From Candidatus Bathyarchaeia archaeon (GTDB taxonomy: Archaea > Thermoproteota > Bathyarchaeia > Bathyarchaeales > Bathycorpusculaceae), in assembly GCA_049515895.1 (NCBI GenBank), contig JBEKTQ010000007.1:32001-96000 (forward strand): 64,000 nucleotides of DNA. The letters are read 5' to 3'. Shown here piece by piece: positions 49,714-58,320 of the stretch. The notes beneath the pieces are model-generated. The model was not told the DNA's origin, did not search any database, and saw nothing but the letters and a program-made list of their open reading frames with translations. The translations under genes were made by a program, and so were the position numbers. Numbering within the stretch: position 1 is the stretch's first letter; each line of letters begins with the position of its first letter.

Positions 49714-50613
49714 ATGAGTTATCTTGAGTTGTTCGCGTCTCAAACCAACGTTTTCAGCGGCGTCCAGAAAACCTTTGATGAGGCGAAATACATACTTTTC
49801 GGCGTGCCTTTTGACGCCACCAGCTCCTACCGTGACGGGGCAAGGTTTGCTCCAGCCGCAATCAGGCAGGCGTCCCAGAACATTGAAACCTACAGTTTCC
49901 GCAGCGGAATCGACGTTGAAGATTTAGCGTTGCATGACGCAGGCGACTTGGGGGCATCGATGGAAGCAGCGAAGACAGTGGACATGACCCGTCTTGTGGT
50001 CGACGAAATTTTGGTGGCTGGCAAGGTTCCCGTGGCTTTAGGCGGGGAACACACGATTACGCTCGGGGCAGCCAAAGGTTTAGGCGCCAAGGCGGCAAAA
50101 ACAGCAATCGTAAGCTTCGACGCGCATTTGGATTTGCGCTGCGAGTTCTTAGGCTCAACCCTTTCCCACACCACGTTTATGCAGCTCATTTGCGAGGAAG
50201 TTAAGCCCGCGAAGATTGTTGAGGTTGGCACCCGCAGCGCTTGCAAGGAAGAATTGGCTTACGCGAAGAAGGCGGGTGTCGATTTTTTCACCTCTCAAGA
50301 AATCCTCAAGCAAGGCTCATTGCTCATAGGCGAGCAGCTTAAAGAGAAGCTTCTGCCCTACGAAAACCTGTACTTGACCGTGGATATGGATGTGCTTGAC
50401 CCTGCATTTGCCCCGGCAGTGCAGAACCCCGAACCCGAAGGAATTAGCACAACCCAGTTGATTGACCTTGCCTGTGCCTTATGCGACAAACGGGTACTCG
50501 GCTTTGACGTAGTCGAGATTGTGCCGATCTACGACCTGGGAATCTTAGCGATTGCAGCGGCCAAAGTTGTCTTTGAAATGCTTTGCCAACTGGAAAAAAA
50601 CCGTAGACTTTAG
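49714..50613 (+). CDS. speB: Agmatinase
   Basis: G.PFD.T.S..G.RFAP, GGEH.IT, DAH.D, D.D..DP. Confidence 0.92.
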   Translation: MSYLELFASQTNVFSGVQKTFDEAKYILFGVPFDATSSYRDGARFAPAAIRQASQNIETYSFRSGIDVEDLALHDAGDLGASMEAAKTVDMTRLVVDEILVAGKVPVALGGEHTITLGAAKGLGAKAAKTAIVSFDAHLDLRCEFLGSTLSHTTFMQLICEEVKPAKIVEVGTRSACKEELAYAKKAGVDFFTSQEILKQGSLLIGEQLKEKLLPYENLYLTVDMDVLDPAFAPAVQNPEPEGISTTQLIDLACALCDKRVLGFDVVEIVPIYDLGILAIAAAKVVFEMLCQLEKNRRL

Positions 50614-50623
50614 TCCCTTACCA

Positions 50624-51328
50624 ATGCAATTGCGAAGCCGTCTTTGCATACTGCGGGAGTTAAAGAAGAAAAATCTGAAGATGAACGAAATCGCTCGTCG
50701 ACTTGACGTTACCCCGACAGAAGCTTTCAGGCAGCTGGAGCGACTTAGCACCGCTATGTTGGTTCAGAGGCAACCTGACGGCACCTTCGTGCTTGCCGAG
50801 TACGGCAAAATAGTGCTTCAGATTTCCACTTCCCTGGCTTTTCTCTCTAAGTACAAAGAGTATTTTTCAACGCATGATTTGATGAGGCTTCCTATCCAAT
50901 TCGTGAACAGACTGGGCGAGCTTGCAGGTGCAAAGTTGGAAATGGACACAATTGAGAGCTTGAATAAGGGTGCGAAATGGTTTAGTGAAGCCAAACCGTA
51001 CGCGTGGGGAATAGGCGAAGGCACCATTCCAGAGCACATGATTCCTGTGATGAATCAGCAGGTTCAACGGGGAATTCAGGTCAAAATGCTTATCCCAACG
51101 GAACTTTTGCCTGCCGTAAGTCAGCCTGGAACAACGAAAAATGTGGAAGCACGAGGCTTATCTGACCTCTCTGGAATAGTCGCCTTTAAAGAAGAGATGG
51201 CTGGCATATGCTTCCGCCAACTTGGAGGGAGAATTGACTATGCGGGCTTTTTCGGCAGCGACCCCGTCTTCCGCAATTGGGTTAAAGACCTGTTCCTGTA
51301 TTATTGGGGCAAAGCAAAAAGAGTATAA
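50624..51328 (+). CDS. ArsR-like HTH plus DUF1724-type regulator, possibly N-terminally clipped
   Basis: SRL.IL.EL..IAR.LD.T..EA.RQL.RL, HD...LP, W..DLF.YYW. Confidence 0.8.
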   Translation: MQLRSRLCILRELKKKNLKMNEIARRLDVTPTEAFRQLERLSTAMLVQRQPDGTFVLAEYGKIVLQISTSLAFLSKYKEYFSTHDLMRLPIQFVNRLGELAGAKLEMDTIESLNKGAKWFSEAKPYAWGIGEGTIPEHMIPVMNQQVQRGIQVKMLIPTELLPAVSQPGTTKNVEARGLSDLSGIVAFKEEMAGICFRQLGGRIDYAGFFGSDPVFRNWVKDLFLYYWGKAKRV

Positions 51329-51619
51329 ACCAAGCGTACATAAATTCTCAAAAATTCAAATGGTCAACGTAACAATTTGGTTTACGCCGTTCTACCAAAA
51401 AAAGTCTTGGAAATTGAAACTGCCGTCAGATTTTCAAGCTTGCTAAACTTGCTGAAGTTTCAACAAAGCTTGTTTTCAAAAAGCAATCTGACTCTTCAGT
51501 GATCAGTAAACTTGTTTGAAATGTTGCAGCAAAAGCAGTTTTTGAAACGGTAAATCAATTTGAACGATTAAGAAAATCCTGCATATCTCTGTCTGTTTAC
51601 AACGCAAAACAATTTTCTA

Positions 51620-51904
51620 TCAGCGCGGTTCAAGTGCTACTTCGAACGCTTGGTGATAAATGCGCTCGTCATCGCCAAGTTGCCGTTTTATCAAACTTGC
51701 ATTCAATTTTGGAATCGTTATGCGCCCATCCTTGTTCATCTTTACGTAAAAGGTTTCATCGACTCCGTAGGCAAACAAACGCAGGTGCCCTCTCAGAAGT
51801 TGCGTTGATTCTAACTTGAACTCCCATCTGATGAGCGTAGGAATCTGAATACGATTTCCCCTCCCTATCATTGCCTTAAAGGTTACCGAACTTGTTAATG
51901 GCAT
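51620..51904 (-). CDS. Tandem AbrB/SpoVT-like DNA-binding protein
   Basis: GNRIQIP and DGRITIP swapped-hairpin motifs. Confidence 0.75.
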   Translation of the reverse strand: MPLTSSVTFKAMIGRGNRIQIPTLIRWEFKLESTQLLRGHLRLFAYGVDETFYVKMNKDGRITIPKLNASLIKRQLGDDERIYHQAFEVALEPR

Positions 51905-51930
51905 AAAACTTTCCCAATCACTTAAAGCCT

Positions 51931-51990
51931 TATTAAACCAATATTAACCAATACTAACCGTTTTTAACCGATACTAACCGTAGCCTAACT
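51931..51990. repeat. Six degenerate 10-bp tandem repeats upstream of the AbrB-like gene
   Basis: tattaaacca, atattaacca, atactaaccg, tttttaaccg, atactaaccg, tagcctaact. Confidence 0.8.
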
Positions 51991-52112
51991 TTAATTTAAG
52001 ACTTGTTCCAAAAAAGCAACCCAAACCAGCTTGTCCAAAAAATGGAGTAAAAGTCGCCACATCCAAGTCTTATATTTTATAGGCTATACTTAGTATGCTG
52101 AAGGACGCTTGA

Positions 52113-52694
52113 TTGGCTAAAGAATCAGCATTAACAATCTTCACAATCGGGCACTCGATTAGAACACTCGAAGAATTCGTAGAGTTGCTCAAAACTTATG
52201 GCGTAACACTGGTCGTGGACGTGCGCACAATACCCCGAAGCAGACACAACCCACAGTTCAACAAAGAAACCCTACCCAACACGCTCAAAAAACACGACAT
52301 AAAATACATTCACATGCCAGAAATCGGCGGCTTACGCCGACCCAAACATGACTCCGTCAACCTCGCTTGGGAAAACATGGGTTTCCGCGGCTACGCAGAC
52401 TACATGCAAACCAAAGAGTTCACTGACAACCTCCTAAAAATCGTCGCGCTGGCACGAGAAAACTGTTTGGCGCTGATGTGTGCTGAAGCCTTACCCTGGC
52501 GCTGCCACCGAAGCCTCATCTCCGACGCACTCATCGTTCGGCGCGTTAACGTGAAACATATCATAAGTGCAAGCAGCTGTATCAATCATGAACTTTGCGA
52601 GATGGCGCAGGTAGAAGGGACAAAAATAACCTATCCCTTGTTCACGAAAGAAACTCCTCAGCGAACATTAGGCGATTTCGGGTCCAAAGTCTAA
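52113..52694 (+). CDS. DUF488 family protein
   Basis: TIGHS, DVR..P.SR..PQF, MCAE..PWRCHR. Confidence 0.92.
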   Translation: MAKESALTIFTIGHSIRTLEEFVELLKTYGVTLVVDVRTIPRSRHNPQFNKETLPNTLKKHDIKYIHMPEIGGLRRPKHDSVNLAWENMGFRGYADYMQTKEFTDNLLKIVALARENCLALMCAEALPWRCHRSLISDALIVRRVNVKHIISASSCINHELCEMAQVEGTKITYPLFTKETPQRTLGDFGSKV

Positions 52695-52702
52695 TTATCT
52701 TA

Positions 52703-54046
52703 TCATTCTTTTTGGAGTTTAGCTATGAAGAATCCGTTGCAGTGGTGGATGTGCGGGTAAAGCCTTTGGCACTGAGTGAGCCCGCGCAGTCCTGGTAGTC
52801 CCAGTTCGGGCTTGATTTCTGCTATGTTAAATTCTGTGTGGTCTTTCAAGAACCGTTCAACTATCGTTTCGTTTTCTTCAACCGTTATGCTGCAGGTTGA
52901 ATAGATCAAGACTCCGCCAGCCGCTACTTTTTCCGCGCAGTTATTGATCATTTGCCATTGAATATCGGCCATCTTGCTGATTGATTTCGGGGTGATGCGC
53001 CATTTAGCTGAGGGTTGCTTGGCGAAGATGCCTGTGCCCGTGCATGGGGGATCCAAAACTATTGTGTTCGCTTCGTTAGCTAAAGGCAGGGTGGCGCATG
53101 CATCGGCGATTATCGGTTCAGCGATTTTGGTTCCCATGCGGCTTATTTCCCGTTTCCACGTTCGCATCCTTCGCGCTGAAAAATCCACTGAGTAGATGGC
53201 GCCGTTGTTTTGCATTAGCTGGGCTAGATAGGTGGTTTTGGCACCTGGAGCAGCGCAAACGTCGAAAACGATGCTGCCCTGCTTGGGGTCGGCGGCTTGT
53301 GTGGCGAAGCAGCTTGCTTTATCCTGGATATAGAATAACCCTTCTTTGTAGCTTGATAAACTGTTTAGCGGCTGTTTGGCTTCTGAGACTTTATACGTGT
53401 ATTTTAGCGCCAGCGGCTCCAATTTTACGCCTTCAGATCCCAGTTTTTGTACTATAGCTTCTTCGGTTGCTGCCAAAGTGTTAACTCGGATGTAGGTGAG
53501 CGGCGGATTCATGCTTCCCTGCAAAAACGCTATTGCCTCGTTGCGTCCCATAAGGTTGAAGCAGTACTTGACGAACCATGACGGGTGAAAAGTTTCCAAG
53601 CTAACCCGCTCCTCATCGCTTGCAGCCTCAAGGATAGGTTCGAGTTGGCGTGTGAGCAGAAAACCTAGGAATCGCTCAACTTCCCGCAAGGTTTCCCACC
53701 CAAGGATTGCTCTGCCCATGCTGGCGATGTGCTGTGCTTCTTGAAGGTTGATTTTTCCCCAGTTCTTCGCGATTCGGGTCTGGTAAACGTAGAGCCGAAG
53801 AAAGGATTGGACGCCGAGGTTGTAGTCGCCGATTTTTTTGGGGTCCACAATCGTGTTGACGAGTTTATCTATGAGGTTTCGGCGCCTCGTGGTTTCAACG
53901 ACGAGTCCGTAAGCGTACCGTATGGCGTTCGGGTCTTTTGTGTCAAGCTGCTTTATGGTTTTTGCCAATGCTAAGTGCTCGCTTAGTTTCTGCATTTCCA
54001 TCCAGCTCAGGGTTTCAATGGCGACTGTCCAAGCATCCTTCAACAA
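52703..54046 (-). CDS. RsmB/NOL1/NOP2 RNA m5C methyltransferase
   Basis: QD.AS, CAAPG.KT, D.PC.G.G, YSTCS...ENE, GFFIA. Confidence 0.93.
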   Translation of the reverse strand: MLKDAWTVAIETLSWMEMQKLSEHLALAKTIKQLDTKDPNAIRYAYGLVVETTRRRNLIDKLVNTIVDPKKIGDYNLGVQSFLRLYVYQTRIAKNWGKINLQEAQHIASMGRAILGWETLREVERFLGFLLTRQLEPILEAASDEERVSLETFHPSWFVKYCFNLMGRNEAIAFLQGSMNPPLTYIRVNTLAATEEAIVQKLGSEGVKLEPLALKYTYKVSEAKQPLNSLSSYKEGLFYIQDKASCFATQAADPKQGSIVFDVCAAPGAKTTYLAQLMQNNGAIYSVDFSARRMRTWKREISRMGTKIAEPIIADACATLPLANEANTIVLDPPCTGTGIFAKQPSAKWRITPKSISKMADIQWQMINNCAEKVAAGGVLIYSTCSITVEENETIVERFLKDHTEFNIAEIKPELGLPGLRGLTQCQRLYPHIHHCNGFFIAKLQKE

Positions 54047-54418
54047 ATTTCTTCACGAATAGAACAAGATGGGGCCGCCTCTAAATAAGAATTCAACTGT
54101 GATTTCTCTAATTCTGCTGCAGTTTCCTTTTTGAATTCGCGCGCAAAGTAGCCTTCTTTTCGGTCTTTGAATTCTTTGGTATTTTCGCCTTTTTTCTTTT
54201 TTGCACCTGACTAAACCTTGGATTCAAGCCCTAAACCAGAAAAACACCCCGAAGCAAGCTCTGACAAACTATGCGGGACCTAGTATTTGAGACAAAAAAC
54301 GACATAATTTGGTCCAATTGTTTTCGGGAGAAAAGCGGGGCGAGTGAGTGTGTAACTTAAAATCTGCACACAGCGGTTTATGCGCCCTTCTCTTTATCCT
54401 TGGTTCGAGCGAGGATTG

Positions 54419-54571
54419 ATGGGTCAAACGCGCAAAATCACCACGAAAACGAGAGCCGGTCAATACATGTGCCCGGAATGCGGTAAGGTCTTCGGTGACA
54501 AAAAATCAGTTGACAGCCACATTTTCAGGAATCATGAACCCAGCATGAACGATGTTTGGAAACTTGCATAG
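54419..54571 (+). CDS. 50-aa C2H2 zinc-finger protein
   Basis: YMCPECGKVFGDKKSVDSHIFRNH; GAGGA upstream. Confidence 0.75.
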   Translation: MGQTRKITTKTRAGQYMCPECGKVFGDKKSVDSHIFRNHEPSMNDVWKLA

Positions 54572-54684
54572 CCGCAAACCGTTTTTCCCGCTTTTTTCAT
54601 CTATAGCTTAACGGGCAAAAAGTTGTTTTGTAGTCACTAAAGATTTTAGTCTCTATTGTACCATAGAGAGGCAAGGAGAATGGG

Positions 54685-57420
54685 ATAGCGCGCACACTCT
54701 TAGACTACTGCATCACTGAACAAGCTAAACCTCTTCCCAAACAAGAGGCCAAGACGAAAGCAGCGCCTCTGCCTGAAGTTACAAGCGACGTGGAAGTCAA
54801 ACACAAAAAGAAATCCCGCACCTTTCCGCCTGTAGCGCCCATGAATCTTCCAGCATCCTACTTTGTATCTGCGTCCTACGATGGCCGCCTAAAGAAAGCC
54901 GTCATCAAACTTTACGAGCCAGAATCTGAGCAACTCTACTTCTGGTATGACAACACTGGGCACAAACCCTACTGCCTAACCAACTTGTCAAAGGCTGACC
55001 TAGAAAAAATCGAACGCGTCGTTAAACATGAGGGCTTTGATCATATCGAAACATGCAAGAAAATGGATCCTTTCCTAGATCAAGAAATTGAAGTATCAAA
55101 AATCGTCACAAACGACCCGTTAGCCATCGGAGGCAAACCGTACGGTACCATAAGAGAAATTATTCCTGCGGATTTTCCGAAAGTCTCTGAATTTCCAGTT
55201 GCAAAGGAAGATATCAAGGTCTGGGAGTCAAGCATAAAATATTATCAATCATACATTTACGACCGCCAGTTCCTGCCTGGGATGATTTACGAGGTCAAAG
55301 ACGGCGCTCTTGTTGAAAAAGTGGTTGAAGAAGCCACAAATAGTTTGAATATGATACGGGCATTATTCAAGGATTGTTCTGAAGAAGAACGCAGTTACGC
55401 GGAAATGTGGGCAAAACTGCTTGAGTACCCAGCGCCAAAGTTCCGCAGGGCAGCTATAGACATTGAAGTTCTATCTTCGATAGCGACAAGAATGCCTAAC
55501 CCGGATGAAGCCGAGGGACAAGTGATCGCAGTATCGGTGTACAGTTCAGACGGCGAAAAAAGAGTTCTCGTTCTAAAACGAGAAGGCGTAAGAGAAGGCA
55601 TCAAGCACCTCACAGAAGATTTCGAGGTGGAATATTGCGAGACAGAGGAGGAACTGCTCAAAAAAACCTTCGAGGTTCTTTGGGATTACCCCTTCATCTT
55701 GACTTTTAACGGTGATGACTTCGACTTACGCTACCTTAGTAACCGAGCGTTGAAAAAAGGAATAAAGCCAAATGAAATCCCGATTGTGGTCGGGGATAGG
55801 GTTTGCTTACTTAAATATGGGGTCCATATTGACCTCTACAAGTTCTTCTTTAATCGTTCCGTGCAAATTTACGCCTATGGCAACCGCTACAAAGACGTGA
55901 GCCTTGACGACGTAGGTAATGCTCTTTTAGGGGAGCAAAAAATTCATTTAGAAAAAACCTTCGGGGACCTGAACTACTATGAACTTGCCGGCTACTGCCT
56001 GCGAGACTCTGAAATCACCTATAAACTAACCAGTTTTGACAACGATTCTGCCATGAAGCTAATTCTTGTTCTGGCTCGAATTGCGAGCATGCCTATGGAG
56101 GATGTCAGCCGCCAAGGAGTGAGCCGATGGATACGCAACTTTATGCATAGGGAACACCGCAAACGCAACATTTTGATTCCTAATGCAGAAGACATCCTGA
56201 CTAAGAAAGGCAAGACATCCACCACCGCAGTCATTAAAGGCAAAAAATACAAGGGCGCCATAGTTGTTGAGCCAACTCCAGGTGTTCACTTTAACGTTGC
56301 AGTAATGGACTTTCCTAGTCTGTATCCTTCAATCATCAAGGTTTGGAATTTAGGTTACCAATCTATCCGTTGCAACCATCCCGGGTGCAAGGGACATAGC
56401 ATCCCCGACACTCAGCATTGGGTCTGCACTGAAAAACGGGCACTCGAAAGCCTGCTTATTGGTTCGCTTAGAGATTTACGTGTAAAATGGTACAAAACTA
56501 GAGCCAAAGAAAAAACTTTGGCTCCTGAACTTAGGAGCTGGTACGGGATCACTCAGGGAGCCCTCAAAGTCATCTTAAACGCAAGTTACGGAGTTTTCGG
56601 CGCCGACAGCTTCGACCTGTATTGCCCACCTGTTGCAGAAGCGACAGCAGCCATCGGTAGATACTCGATTACCCAAATACTCAAACATGCCGAGTCGGTA
56701 GGCATAAAGGTTGTCTACGGCGACACGGACAGTCTCTTCCTCAAAAACCCCACTAGAGAACAGATCGAGGATGTCGTCAGCTTTACAGAACATGAATTGC
56801 ACATGGGCATAGACGTTGACAAAGTCTACCGGTATGCCGTTTTCAGCGCACGGAAAAAAAATTACCTCGGGGTCCTAGAAGATGGCGCAGTTGACGTTAA
56901 AGGCTTAACAGGCAAGAAAAAACACATTCCCATCTTTATCAAAGACGCATTCAACAAAATGAAAGAAAAACTTGCAAAAGTCAAAAACCCTGAGGGCTTC
57001 GAAAAAGCCAAAAAGGAAATAGCGGAAATAATCCGTGAGCGTTACCAACGGCTTAAACGAAGAGAATGGTCTGACATCAATGAGCTTGCGTTCCACATGG
57101 TTTTGGGTGATGAACTGTCTAGTTATACGAAAACTACCCCCCAACATGTTAAAGCTGCGCGGATCCTGCAGAAAACCGGCAAGGAACTGAGGGCAGGCGA
57201 TCTGATTAGTTTTGTAAAGGTGCTTAAATCGTCTTCCCGCGGCTTCTTAGATGACGTCAACTCTGGTGTAAAACCGGTGGAGTTAACTTCCAAGAATGAG
57301 GTGGACGTTGATAAGTACATCGCTTATTTGCAGTCTACTTTTGATCAGGTTCTTGATGCGTTGGGCTTGAGTTTTGAAGAAATTATCGGGTTAACAAAGC
57401 TTGAAAGTTTCTTGGCCTAA
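54685..57420 (+). CDS. polB: Family B DNA polymerase (PolB1 type), no intein
   Basis: DIEV, FNGDDFD, DFPSLYPSII, K..LNASYG, YGDTDS, KKNY. Frame open from 54667; probable ATA start at 54685. Confidence 0.93.
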   Translation: MARTLLDYCITEQAKPLPKQEAKTKAAPLPEVTSDVEVKHKKKSRTFPPVAPMNLPASYFVSASYDGRLKKAVIKLYEPESEQLYFWYDNTGHKPYCLTNLSKADLEKIERVVKHEGFDHIETCKKMDPFLDQEIEVSKIVTNDPLAIGGKPYGTIREIIPADFPKVSEFPVAKEDIKVWESSIKYYQSYIYDRQFLPGMIYEVKDGALVEKVVEEATNSLNMIRALFKDCSEEERSYAEMWAKLLEYPAPKFRRAAIDIEVLSSIATRMPNPDEAEGQVIAVSVYSSDGEKRVLVLKREGVREGIKHLTEDFEVEYCETEEELLKKTFEVLWDYPFILTFNGDDFDLRYLSNRALKKGIKPNEIPIVVGDRVCLLKYGVHIDLYKFFFNRSVQIYAYGNRYKDVSLDDVGNALLGEQKIHLEKTFGDLNYYELAGYCLRDSEITYKLTSFDNDSAMKLILVLARIASMPMEDVSRQGVSRWIRNFMHREHRKRNILIPNAEDILTKKGKTSTTAVIKGKKYKGAIVVEPTPGVHFNVAVMDFPSLYPSIIKVWNLGYQSIRCNHPGCKGHSIPDTQHWVCTEKRALESLLIGSLRDLRVKWYKTRAKEKTLAPELRSWYGITQGALKVILNASYGVFGADSFDLYCPPVAEATAAIGRYSITQILKHAESVGIKVVYGDTDSLFLKNPTREQIEDVVSFTEHELHMGIDVDKVYRYAVFSARKKNYLGVLEDGAVDVKGLTGKKKHIPIFIKDAFNKMKEKLAKVKNPEGFEKAKKEIAEIIRERYQRLKRREWSDINELAFHMVLGDELSSYTKTTPQHVKAARILQKTGKELRAGDLISFVKVLKSSSRGFLDDVNSGVKPVELTSKNEVDVDKYIAYLQSTFDQVLDALGLSFEEIIGLTKLESFLA

Positions 57421-58293
57421 TCAATATAGTTGGCTAGCAACCGCTAGCACAGTAAAAACTGCAACGATTAAAGCTATTATTCTGACGACTTGTTTCTCAG
57501 CTAAGGGGCGATGATAAGTTATCAGTGTGATGAGGCTCCTTCTGTGGTCAGAGCAGAGTTTGCTTCCATCAAAAGAAACCTTGGCTTTTTGCCTTGTGAA
57601 GAAGATTGCGAGAAGTATCAATGATGAATTGAAGATGTAGGGCAAAATCGCTACAAGCAAACTTAGCTTCAAGTCTGAGATTAAGGCAAATGATGCTATT
57701 GTCATTCCTATTGCGAAGGAGCCTGAATTTCCTACGAAGATTTTTCCTTGAAAATTAAAGTACGCAAGCACCAACCAGAACAGTAAGGGGCCAACCATTA
57801 GAATATAGGACGACGATAGGGCCATTAACCCAATTATGACTATTGCCGGGCATATTGTTTCTAAGCCGTTCAACCCGCCAAGCATGTTCACAGCGTTGGT
57901 AACTATCATGACAATGATTGGAATAATGATGTAAAAGTAGATTGAGCCCAGATGAAGTGTCGCAATGTACGGCAACAACAAAGTTGTTCTTGCGCCTGTC
58001 TCTTTGGCGTAGTATATAAGTGGTAAAGCGGCGATTAGAGGCATGAAAGCTTTGTAACGCCATTTAAGGTCTATCCAATCATCAAGCAACCCCATGAAGC
58101 CGCCGAAAAGGATGCATGCAGCCAATATTAATGGGGCTGAGATGGGTGCTGAGACGTTCGCTGGGCTCTTTATTAATCCCGAGAAGTAGAGAAGAAAAAG
58201 GTAAACTGTTGCGAATAGGACGTATAATACGCCTATGCCGTTGGGAACAAGGCGTTGTCCGGGTTTGTGTTGATCTGGAACTTTTGGAAACAC
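57421..58293 (-). CDS. aglH: UDP-GlcNAc:dolichyl-phosphate GlcNAc-1-P transferase (AglH/Alg7-like)
   Basis: D.HKP...VP, GLLDD, NAVNMLGGLNGLE, K.FVGN.GS; adjacent to aglB. Confidence 0.8.
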   Translation of the reverse strand: MFPKVPDQHKPGQRLVPNGIGVLYVLFATVYLFLLYFSGLIKSPANVSAPISAPLILAACILFGGFMGLLDDWIDLKWRYKAFMPLIAALPLIYYAKETGARTTLLLPYIATLHLGSIYFYIIIPIIVMIVTNAVNMLGGLNGLETICPAIVIIGLMALSSSYILMVGPLLFWLVLAYFNFQGKIFVGNSGSFAIGMTIASFALISDLKLSLLVAILPYIFNSSLILLAIFFTRQKAKVSFDGSKLCSDHRRSLITLITYHRPLAEKQVVRIIALIVAVFTVLAVASQLY

Positions 58294-58320
58294 AGGGCCG
58301 CTTCCTTACTGTTACGCCCG

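Noticed and set aside
54040-54230. Short Lys-rich minus-strand frames upstream of the RsmB-like gene
   Set aside because: Two competing low-complexity frames with no motif support
54685-57420. Intein or inactivated polymerase
   Set aside because: Normal length with all catalytic motifs intact
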